Shown here: piece after piece, positions 36,956 through 45,984 of the stretch
Layout: each line of letters starts with the position of its first letter
How positions within the stretch are numbered: the stretch's first letter is position 1
NCBI GenBank assembly: GCA_964234715.1
Contig: OZ174278.1
Origin: Podarcis melisellensis
Lineage: Eukaryota
DNA length: 64,000 nt
Direction: 5' to 3' (one strand)
The notes under the pieces: model-generated
Seen by the model: only the letters and a program-made list of their open reading frames with translations
Databases searched by the model: none
What the model was told of the DNA's origin: nothing
Translations under genes and position numbers: made by a program

Positions 36956-39900
36956 CATCACTGCAGAGCGTGGACCCTTTGCCTCCCAAACCGGCAGTTC
37001 TGCTCACAGCAACACTCCAGTTGCCTGATGGGAGACTCCTCGAGGTTCCAATAACGATCGATTCGGGAAGCAACGCCGACTTCATGGGACTGCAGTTCGT
37101 TAAGCAGCACAACATGGCGCTCCTGCCTGCAACGACGCCTCTGAACGTGGTCACGGTGGACGGCAGGAAGTTGCTGGGGGGGCAAGTGGTGCAGCAAACC
37201 CCTCCCATGATGATGCAGATTGGCAACCATCGAGAGCTTATTAGTTTCAATGTCACCCACTTATCGGACACACCCATCGTGTTAGGCATGAGTTGGCTGG
37301 AGAGGCACAGTCCCGCGGTTGCGTGGTACCAGAGGCAGATCAACTTTTGTTCATCGTATTGTGCTCAGCATTGCTTTCAGACCGATCAGGGAGGAGAAGC
37401 TGAGCAGCCATTGCATCTGGGTATGGTGCAAACAGTGCCTCACAAGTACCAGGACTTCTTGGAGGTTTTCTGTGAGAAGGAAGCTGACAAGTTGCCGCCT
37501 CATAGACCTTACGACTGCGCGATTGATTTAGTGCCAGGGGCGCAATTGCCTGCTGCCAAGCTGTACTCCATGTCGGAGGACGAAATGCAAGAGCTTCGGG
37601 AGTTCATAGACCATAACCTCAAGCGCGGTTTCATCCAGGAATCTAAAGCAGCGGGAGGCAGCCCTGTTTTCTTTGTGAAGAAGAAGGACACGCCCCAAAA
37701 AAGGCTTATAGTGGATTACAGGTTCATCAACAGCTTGACTAAGCCCAAAGCTTTCCCCATGCCCAAGATTGACGACCTTTTAGCGACCGTCAGGAGGGGC
37801 AAGATTTTCACCAAGCTGGACCTACGTGGAGCTTACAATCTCATCCGCATCCGGAAAGGAGATGAGTGGAAGACCGCCATGTTCACCCCTCTGGGCACAT
37901 ACGAATACAGAGTCATGCCTTTCGGCCTCCAAAATGGCAGCCACGTTTTTCAAGCATTTATGCACCACGTGCTAGCAGGTCTCCTCTACAAAAAGTGTGT
38001 CTGCTTTCTCGACGATATCCTGATTTTCTCGGAATCGCCGGAGGATCACGATAAGGACGTGAGGGAGGTCCTGCAGAGGCTGAAGGAACACAGGCTGTAC
38101 GCCAAGTTGGAAAAGTGCCAGTTTGATGTCAGAGAGGTTGATTTCCTTGGCTACAAGTTGTCCGACGAGGGACTGGCCATGGACAGGGCTAAGGTTCAAG
38201 CGCTGTTGGACTGGAAAAGCCCTCGAAATCGGAAAGAGGTCCAGAGGTTCATCGGCTTTGCCAATTTTTACCGCAAGTTTATTAAAGGTTTTGCGAACGC
38301 GACGGCGGCGATCACTGACACCCTCAGTTCCAAGAAGAAGAAGTTCGTCTGGACCGAACAAGCGGAGCGGTCCTTCCGGACGCTTAAGGGTCTTTTCGCC
38401 TCCGAAGAGCAGCTGCTCCACGTGAATCCCGGCAGACCCATGCGGGTAGAGACCGATGCGTCGGATAGAGCGGTTGGGGCCGTTCTTTTGCAAGAGGATT
38501 CACAAGGCAACTGGCGACCGGGTGCGTTCTACTCCCGGAAGCTCAGCAAGACGGAGCGCAATTATACCATATGGGACAGGGAGTTGTTGGCCATTCATGC
38601 AGCTTTCAAAGCGTGGCGACACTTCTTAATAGGAGCCAAGCACACGGTGCAAGTCCGCACGGATCACAAGAACTTAGAGTATTGGCGGACGGCTAAGTTG
38701 CAGACCCAGCGACACATGCGCTGGGCGGAGTTCTTTGCGGACTTCGACTTCAGAATAGAATACATCCCAGGAGACTCCAATGTTATTGCAGACGCGCTGT
38801 CCCGAAAGCCGCAATACTTGGAGGAAGCAGCTCCAATCGCAGCAAAGCACATTTTCGCACCGCAGGCGTGGACGTGCGCTACCATCGCAGTCGACCTGGA
38901 CGCGGTGCGACGCGCGTTGCAAAGGGATCAGTTTGCACAGTCTAAGATGGAGGAGCTACGCGGAGGGTCGCGACACAACGATGAGTTTCAATTACAAGAT
39001 GGACTTTTGACTCGTAAGGGTGCCCTTTACGTGCCCACCGACGAGCTTCGAGCCAAGGTTCTGCAACAGTTGCATGACGCCCCTAGTGCAGGCCATTTCG
39101 GCAAAGAAAAGACGATGGAGTTGGTGGCTAGAGACTTTTGGTGGCCCCAGATGAGAGGAGAGGTGGCGGACTACGTCGCCAGGTGTGATATCTGCCAGAG
39201 GTCCAAACCAGTGCACCAGAAGCAGGCGGGATTGCTAGAACCGCTGGAGACACCGCAGCAACCATGGGAGAGGGTAGCGTTGGACTTTGTTACAGACCTG
39301 CCCAGCTCCAGAGGTAAGACGGCGGTGTTAGTGGTGGTGGACTTGTTCACCAAGATGGCGCACTTCATCCCTTGTGCCAAGGTGGCGACGGCAGAACAGA
39401 CCGCAAAGCTCTTCATCGATCACGTCTTCAGAGTGCATGGACTTCCGCAGTCCGTCTTGTCCGACAGGGGGCGCCAGTTTGTTTCCACTTTCTGGCGAAA
39501 GCTTCTGGGCATCTTGCACGTCAAAATCAACCTGACATCGGCGAGGCATCCACAAACCAACGGTCAAGCGGAGAGGGTCAACGCGATCATGCAGCAGTAC
39601 CTGCGGTGCTACGCCAACCAGCGACCTGCGGCGTGGGTGGACTATCTGCCGATGGCTGAATTCGCCTACAACAACACGAAACACGCTTCCACCGGGGTGA
39701 CGCCTTTCTTCGCGAACAATGGCCGTCATCCCAGAACCTTCCCGAGATTTGCGGCACCAGAAGGGGGGGGGCCTCAAGATGCCGACCAGTTTGCAGCGGA
39801 GTTGCAAGAGGTGCACGAGGAGCTGCGGAGACATTTGGAGCTGGCAAAACAGGCGTATAAGGTGCAGGCCGATAAGCACAGGAGGGCGGGAGAGGACATC

Positions 39901-41403
39901 CAGGTTGGGGACTGGGTGTGGTTAGCAGCCCACGCGATGCCGGCCAGGTCATTGGCCAAGAAGAAGTTAGGACACAGGCAGCTAGGGCCATATCAAGTTG
40001 AGGCTAAGATCAATCCGGTGGCTTTTCGTATAGCCCTTCCGGAAGGTTCCAGGGTGCACCCGGTCTTTCATAGGTCGGTGCTCACTCCCTACAAAACCCC
40101 ACACAGGTTTCAAGAGTCAGGAGCACCCCCAGAGCCACGTAGGAGGGCGCCTGAGAGGGGGGAATCGCCAAGACCAGAACCTCTTAACGAGGTCACAGAG
40201 ATACTGGACTCGAGATGGGGGGAGGAGGGAGTTGAATATTTTCTCGCCAGGGAGGGCACACCAGCCGCTGCTAATAGTTGGGTGCCAGGCTACGAGTTAG
40301 ACGAACCCCTTTTGAAAGAAGAGTTCCATGCACTTTTCCCACATAGACCCATGCCAGCTGAGTACTTTGATGACTGGCTTTTCACACCCACATTGTCAGA
40401 TAGCACGTTCAGGGGTTTCTCTTCCCCCGAGGAGAGAACACCAGAATCAAGCCCGCCCAGGGGATCGTGCTCGGGGGTGGACACGGAAACCCCTTATTGG
40501 TGGGAGGAGCAGCCAGAGGAGGAATGGCGTAAGAGGTGGCTGATAGGTCCTTGGCGGGCAGCACCGGAGGAAGTAGCGATGGAAGCAGAGACTGAGAAGC
40601 ATTTGGGGGAAGAACCCGACTTCGAATACACTTACACAGAACTGCCAGCAGAGAACATTGACGTAGACGACCTGTATCCTGAGCCTACCCCCGAAGAGCC
40701 GCAGTTTCCACAACCGGTCCCCGGCGAGCGGGAGGGGGGAAGGGGGGGCTTCGAGGGGGGGATGGATGTCAGGGTTTCTGGGAGAGAGGAGGAGATGACA
40801 GAGGAGACGGAGAGCGAGTGGGAGGAGGGGCAGAAGGATGAGGAAGAAGATGACGGAATTCTGAGGGAATCCACGAGTCTGAGCAGCGAGTCAGAGGATT
40901 CTCAAAAGGGGGTTACCTTAATCAAGCAAAGGGGAGGAGAAGGGAGAAGCGGAGAGGAGCCCAGTGGAAGACAGAGGAAGCAAGAGACGTCTCAGCCGGA
41001 ACGGAGTAAAGGGGGTGGAGTCGTCAGCCTCTCGGAGGGAGCAGGATTAGGAGAGAACAGAGAGAGGGGGTTGGAGCAGGGTGTTCAGCCGGAAAGGGTG
41101 GAGAGCAGAGCAGGGGGTGGTGTAGCGGTCGAAAGAAAGGTCAGCAGCAACGTACGCGCGCCAAGTTCAAACGTAGAGGCGCGCGGAAGTGGAGAGAGCT
41201 CAGGGGAGGAGCCCGGCCCTAAAGCCAGAAAGAGGGGGGAAGAGGCGGCAGAGGATTCAGCCTCAGGCGAGTCACGGAGAGAGGGAACCCAGGGGGGCAG
41301 GAAGACCCTGCGGAAAAGAAAGGAGAGGAAGAGGTGGTCTAGAGCCAGGCTATTAAGTTGGTGCGGAAGAGGGGAGGAGTCAGAGGGGACTTCAGCGGTC
41401 TAA
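36889..41403 (+). CDS. pol: Pol (protease-RT-RNase H-integrase-chromodomain plus long C-terminal tail), entered by -1 frameshift; predicted Gag-Pol about 1845 aa
   Basis: Uninterrupted frame. Protease IDSGS (D at 37060). RT KLDLRGAY, MPFGL and FLDD (38005-38016). RNase H ETDASD and RELLAI. Integrase HHCC (HDAPSAGH...CDIC), catalytic LDFV/SDRG/GQAERVN and GPY motif. Chromodomain at 40186-40341. Stop TAA at 41401-41403, inside the 3' LTR. Confidence 0.95.
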   Translation, partial: RQCLAGSRATGAQPGGSVDKPPASLQSVDPLPPKPAVLLTATLQLPDGRLLEVPITIDSGSNADFMGLQFVKQHNMALLPATTPLNVVTVDGRKLLGGQVVQQTPPMMMQIGNHRELISFNVTHLSDTPIVLGMSWLERHSPAVAWYQRQINFCSSYCAQHCFQTDQGGEAEQPLHLGMVQTVPHKYQDFLEVFCEKEADKLPPHRPYDCAIDLVPGAQLPAAKLYSMSEDEMQELREFIDHNLKRGFIQESKAAGGSPVFFVKKKDTPQKRLIVDYRFINSLTKPKAFPMPKIDDLLATVRRGKIFTKLDLRGAYNLIRIRKGDEWKTAMFTPLGTYEYRVMPFGLQNGSHVFQAFMHHVLAGLLYKKCVCFLDDILIFSESPEDHDKDVREVLQRLKEHRLYAKLEKCQFDVREVDFLGYKLSDEGLAMDRAKVQALLDWKSPRNRKEVQRFIGFANFYRKFIKGFANATAAITDTLSSKKKKFVWTEQAERSFRTLKGLFASEEQLLHVNPGRPMRVETDASDRAVGAVLLQEDSQGNWRPGAFYSRKLSKTERNYTIWDRELLAIHAAFKAWRHFLIGAKHTVQVRTDHKNLEYWRTAKLQTQRHMRWAEFFADFDFRIEYIPGDSNVIADALSRKPQYLEEAAPIAAKHIFAPQAWTCATIAVDLDAVRRALQRDQFAQSKMEELRGGSRHNDEFQLQDGLLTRKGALYVPTDELRAKVLQQLHDAPSAGHFGKEKTMELVARDFWWPQMRGEVADYVARCDICQRSKPVHQKQAGLLEPLETPQQPWERVALDFVTDLPSSRGKTAVLVVVDLFTKMAHFIPCAKVATAEQTAKLFIDHVFRVHGLPQSVLSDRGRQFVSTFWRKLLGILHVKINLTSARHPQTNGQAERVNAIMQQYLRCYANQRPAAWVDYLPMAEFAYNNTKHASTGVTPFFANNGRHPRTFPRFAAPEGGGPQDADQFAAELQEVHEELRRHLELAKQAYKVQADKHRRAGEDIQVGDWVWLAAHAMPARSLAKKKLGHRQLGPYQVEAKINPVAFRIALPEGSRVHPVFHRSVLTPYKTPHRFQESGAPPEPRRRAPERGESPRPEPLNEVTEILDSRWGEEGVEYFLAREGTPAAANSWVPGYELDEPLLKEEFHALFPHRPMPAEYFDDWLFTPTLSDSTFRGFSSPEERTPESSPPRGSCSGVDTETPYWWEEQPEEEWRKRWLIGPWRAAPEEVAMEAETEKHLGEEPDFEYTYTELPAENIDVDDLYPEPTPEEPQFPQPVPGEREGGRGGFEGGMDVRVSGREEEMTEETESEWEEGQKDEEEDDGILRESTSLSSESEDSQKGVTLIKQRGGEGRSGEEPSGRQRKQETSQPERSKGGGVVSLSEGAGLGENRERGLEQGVQPERVESRAGGGVAVERKVSSNVRAPSSNVEARGSGESSGEEPGPKARKRGEEAAEDSASGESRREGTQGGRKTLRKRKERKRWSRARLLSWCGRGEESEGTSAV
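40753..40766 (+). promoter_or_regulatory. Polypurine tract (plus-strand primer)
   Basis: GAGGGGGGGATGGA directly abutting the TG of the 3' LTR. Confidence 0.85.
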
Positions 41404-41533
41404 CGTGGCAGACGTACGGCCACAATGCTGAACTGTATGAGAAGCAGAAATCTTCAATAAACTTTTCCTGTAAATAAGCTGCAACGGAGTGAGGTCTCTT
41501 GTGAGCTGGGACCAGACCTGGGTGGCCGTGACA
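40767..41533 (+). repeat. 3' LTR (767 bp)
   Basis: Direct repeat of 35040-35806 (offset 5727), preceded by the PPT and followed by TSD GTATG. Confidence 0.97.
41456..41461 (+). terminator. LTR polyadenylation signal AATAAA (5' LTR copy at 35729-35734)
   Basis: AATAAA lies downstream of the predicted TSS position and about 50 nt after the pol stop codon. Confidence 0.75.
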
Positions 41534-41994
41534 GTATGTAACCTGAAGCATTCGTAACCCGAGGTACCACTGTACGTCCATGAGAGAGGTCTCTCTCAAA
41601 AGAAGCAGGTTTTTACTCAGTAGCACTGCTGTCCAAGTATAAAATGTAATTCTGCCTAAATGTTCGCTTACATGCCAGGTACACACTGATGTGAAGAGAC
41701 AAGAGAGCCCTATCTGAGGATAAAAGGAAAATATCCATCATAGTCCCCAAGCTGTAAATCTTAATAGAGAGACTAAAGGAATAAAGTGTTACGTTTCCTT
41801 TTGCAGTACTGTAATGGGTCTCCCTGTTGCATGGCTAGAAGAAATCCGTGATTTGATTTACTAAAGGTGAAAAGTAAATATAGACATCACACATAGATTT
41901 TAGCATATGATTTTAATGTGTCAAAGCTGGAGTGCAGCTTTGGAGTGGGGATCATAATTCCCTTAATAAAATCAATGTCTGCTGTCGTGAACTT

Positions 41995-42080
41995 AGGGAG
42001 GGAGGGAGGGAGGGAGGGAGGGAGGGAGGGAGGGAGGGAGGGAGAGAGGGAGAGAGGGAGAGAGGGAGAGAGGGAGAGAA
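41995..42080. repeat. (GGGA)n / (GGGAGAGA)n purine microsatellite
   Basis: Seen directly. Confidence 0.95.
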
Positions 42081-42960
42081 GGGGAAATATTTGGTTGGGT
42101 GTATGGAGAAAGCACCGAAAGCAAAAGAGATGCTGCATTGATAGGTAGGCTGTCATCAACCAAAATGTGTTGGCCATTTTTACTGCTTTGCAAGGACTAG
42201 TCTTATTTATTTTTCAGACCCATTTGGGAGCTTTGCCTCTTCCCTTGCTATCTTTTTGGAGACCCATAACCAGCGCAACACAGAATCTTCTCTGTACACT
42301 GAACAGAAAAAAGCACAGTGTACCTTCCATGGGGTCTCTCTTTGTGGAGACTGAGGCGCTCAGGTTCAGGGGTGGTGAGTGGATTTTGCCCTTATTGCCA
42401 AAATACCCCCACTAGGGATGCAGCATGGTGGCCATTCATTTGCATGGGGAAAAAGTATCTCCTCTTTAGGGCACCATTGGTATAGTGGCTAAGCTTGTTT
42501 TCTGTTCCAAGTATTCACATTTTCTAGGGAGGACCTTCAGCAGTCTTGCTGATTACAGCACATTTAATATTTCCCATAGAATTTAATGGATGTTCACAGA
42601 GTTTCCTTCAATCTGCACAACCTAGCTCCTTCATCTGGCTTATGCTCCATTTCCATGGTTATGCTCGTCTGTGGCAGAACAGTTGGAAAGGAAATTGGTA
42701 GCCCATGAGCTCGCTTTAGCCCTCCTCCCACCAATTTGTGGTTTAGCTTCTTTCCCCCACATAAACTGAAACACAACAGGGCAAGGGCTCTTTCTCACTC
42801 TGCCCACTGAATTCAAATCGAGCAAAAAAATAAATAGGGCCAGAAATAGCTTTTGCACACTATTTATCTCCCAGGTCTCAGGCAATGGGCAATAGAGCAT
42901 TTGGCAGAGGTTCTTGTATTGTTAGTCATATCCGATGCCTCATTCCATTTGCCTGTTTTT

Positions 42961-43163
42961 TAGTGGTGGAGCTTCACGCTCCAGCACCGGGGAGGCGGAG
43001 AGCAGGCGGGGGCAGGGCTGGCAGGCATCCCGGGGGCGTGGTGTGCCACTCGTAGGGGCATGGCACCCAGCACGGGCAGGGGGGCAGCCACCATGGCACC
43101 CCACTGTGATCGTGCTGCCGGGGGGCGGTGCGCTCCCCCCGCACACCTCTTCCTCCACCAGTG
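42961..43163. mobile_element. hAT MITE, diverged
   Basis: TIRs TAGTGGTGGAG / CTCCACCAGTG; flanks CTGTTTTT / CTGCTTCT (6/8); GC-rich interior. Confidence 0.6.
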
Positions 43164-45948
43164 CTGCTTCTTTGCACATGCACAGGAGTTAATAGCTGAA
43201 TTTCATAAGTGGGGAAATTCCTTCCACAGCCTTCATTACCTTTGGAAGCAGGCAAGGATTAAAGCATCCTTTGTGAATCAGGAGTAAACTCATGGGCAGA
43301 GCCTATTCACAGTCCCTTGCCTAAATCAAAATGTGGCTTCTGTAAAAACAACAAGTGGTTTGGAATGATATTGAAGTATAATTGTGCTTTGAGAATTGAT
43401 ATCTGATGGCTGGGAATCTGGGATATATGTGTCGAGCCAATGCATGACTATGGAAGGGGCTCCTTGAGGTAACAGATCACATGTATCCATCACCAACTGA
43501 TCTTTGTTAGTGGAACCTGGGATACACAGTACAATAGGCAAGATTTGATCTCATTATTATCATCCTCAAAATCAACATTTAGTGTTAATGGCAACCATCA
43601 TCTGGGTTCAGAACATGTTTTGCCCTGTCTTAGCTGTGTTCCAAATTTCCTTTACCACAGATAAAGCTACTTAGAAGTTACTGAGATCTTAATCTGCCCT
43701 GTTCTCTCTGATACTGCCCCAAGTTCTGTTTCTTTGGTCATATTATAATGCAACAGGATGTTCCAAATTGGCTGAGAGATTATCCCCAAAGAGATTTGTG
43801 ATAGTCCTTCACATTTTTGAGTCTTGTTTCTTAAGATCTCACTGAGCTGGGCATGAGAGGTCAGGAGGGAGTGCAAGATTGTTTAGTGCTGTGCCCACGG
43901 TCTAGCAATGGTTAACGTACTCTGATGTTAAAATACTTAAAATGATAGCATTAAGCGATTTGTGTGTTGGGTGACATAAGCAGCTGTGACAGTCTTAGCT
44001 CCACTGTTGCTTCCCAGTTGACTTTGACACACTTTATTTGAAGACATGCATGTGTAAAGATCAGTAGCAATTGCCAATTTGCCTGGTCTACCACATTACC
44101 ATAGAGCTACTGCTACAGAAGATTTCCCCTTAGGTGCAATTTTGTCATACTCCATTAATCCTCTCAGTCCTCTCCCAATCCTGCGGACTTGTTACGTAGT
44201 AATCCCCAATTGTTGTGCTGCAGGAACACTGGAAAGTCTCTGCTGTCCTCCAGGCAGAAAATTACAGTAGTAAGTCTATTAAATTTGGCTCCTGCAATGT
44301 CCACTCAGATCACTCCCGCTTGTTGCAGTCATAACCCATAGCCACAGTGTCAGAACAAATTATCAGCAGCATCCAGAATGCCGATGCAAAATTAATTTGG
44401 TGCCTCCCACAGCCTTGTTGATTCAGTCCCCAGATGATGGCAGAAATCTAGCTGTATTTTAAAGGATGTTTGGAAATTAAGTCAACATATCGTGAAAACT
44501 GCCTTTATTCTTTGTGCATGTCAGGTTTCAGGTCCCACTGGGGACCTCTATCACATGATAGTATGCAATTTATTATGTGACGTGCTGGCATTCTTCCACC
44601 TGAGTCTGTTCAAGAGAGATTACTCTGGTTGCTCCTTTTTAAGGCTGGACTAGGACAGCATTCAGAAAATGGAATTCTTCTTTGTCTATACAGTCAAGGG
44701 TTCTTGAACCTCTCTGAAGTACCAAGTCCGTTTCCTGCCTTTTGCAGCTTGTCTCTCTCACAGAAATATACAAACACAATAAATTCACCAGCTAGGCAGA
44801 GTTTGATCTCTGTTAGTCTTCAATACTGTTATAAACCAATGTAGCCTTCCTAGTTCCCTGCACAATGCCCACACCAGCAACCCATCAGGGAAAAACTGAT
44901 TTTCCACTTGAACAACTTGACAAATAAAATTAGTAAATCTTTGCTTTAAATTCAGTAGCATTGAATATTAATGGTTGGCATCATAGGGGGTGTATTGCTC
45001 CTGTTGTTGTTTTTCATCGTATTTTAAATTGTAGCACTTTGCAAAAGTATTTTAGTTTTAAGAGGATGCCCACTCAAAGGAGTAATTAGTAATGCTGCTG
45101 TGTGTAGCCGCAATGGATATATTTACCATCTTGTTTGCCTAAGCATGTGCAACATTGGAAGACTTGTGACAAGGACTGTTTTATAGCTTAAAAGTGCCTC
45201 TGAGCATGTAAAGACTGCTTTCCCCTTGTTGCAGAGCAACTGCAGCCCATCCCCAGATAGTTAAGATTGAAGGAGCAGCAAATAAGGCTCCGTTACAAAT
45301 ACAGCCAGAGTGTCTGGTCTTGTTGTCTCAATCCCTTTAAGAGTGCAAACTAAACTCACAAGTATCTCACATGAAAACAATTAACTTTTCAGAGTTTTTT
45401 TGTGCTCACAGAGTCCTTCAAGCACACCAGGGGATGTGAATGCTTGCTGAGGTGGCATTTCAAGGGGGACAGATCTCAAGGTGAGGATAGGTGAGATTCA
45501 TAATAAGGTTCAAAGTCTGTTCTTTGATAGGCTTAGAACTGTGCTGGTCACTGGTAACCTCAACAAATGCTCTTAAAATAAATCACTTTGCAATTTGTTG
45601 AGGTTACTGCTATGTACCTCATACATTAGCTTCCTACACATCATGTTGTGACCAATGCAGACTCTCAGGTTTCTACAAGCAGCTAGTCCCCCCCCCTTCT
45701 GTTCCCCAACTCCAACTTTGTTTAACACCTCGCCTGATGAAGAGTACAGGAGCACTTAAATAAATGCTCACTGATTTTATCACTTTTGTTAGTCCTAATA
45801 AAGTATTGCTCAACTCGGGTTTGGGGAATTGTACCTGTTAATAACTAGAAATAGATATACACCTGAGGAATATTCACTTGAGGCAAGAAACCTATGGTGG
45901 ACAGTTGCCTCCCAGTCACCCTCCTGAATGGTGTTCCTGATTCATACA

Positions 45949-45949
45949 G

Positions 45950-45984
<35 letters not shown>

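Larger units (their letters stand above)
35040..41533 (+). mobile_element. Full-length Ty3/Gypsy LTR retrotransposon (chromovirus, Tf1/sushi-like), intact
   Basis: Two 767-bp direct repeats, each TGTCA...TGACA. 5-bp TSD GTATG at 35035-35039 and 41534-41538. gag followed by pol in Gypsy order PR-RT-RH-IN-chromodomain. PPT before the 3' LTR. No env. CpG-rich compared with the flanks. Confidence 0.98.
34832..41572. mobile_element. pogo/Tigger-type (Tc1/mariner superfamily) MITE, about 242 bp, split by the LTR element (halves 34832-35039 and 41539-41572)
   Basis: TIR CAGTGGTACCTCGGGTTA...TAACCCGAGGTACCACTG with TA on both sides (34830-31, 41573-74). Rejoined halves align to the intact copy at 31997-32228. 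Confidence 0.93.

Noticed and set aside
36924-39991. Antisense and alternate-frame ORFs inside pol (139, 173, 183 and 134 aa)
   Set aside because: Typical shadows of a GC-rich coding strand, with no recognisable motifs.
40342-41403. env-like gene interpretation of the 3' coding extension
   Set aside because: No signal peptide, no transmembrane segment and no Cys pattern; the sequence is hydrophilic and low-complexity.
41887-42193. ORFs with GREG/PSLP repeats
   Set aside because: Translations of the (GGGA)n microsatellite.
45720-45812. Possible Penelope terminal fragment (CCTGATGAAGAG...GTTAGTCCTAATAAAG)
   Set aside because: Too short and diverged to support without a database search.
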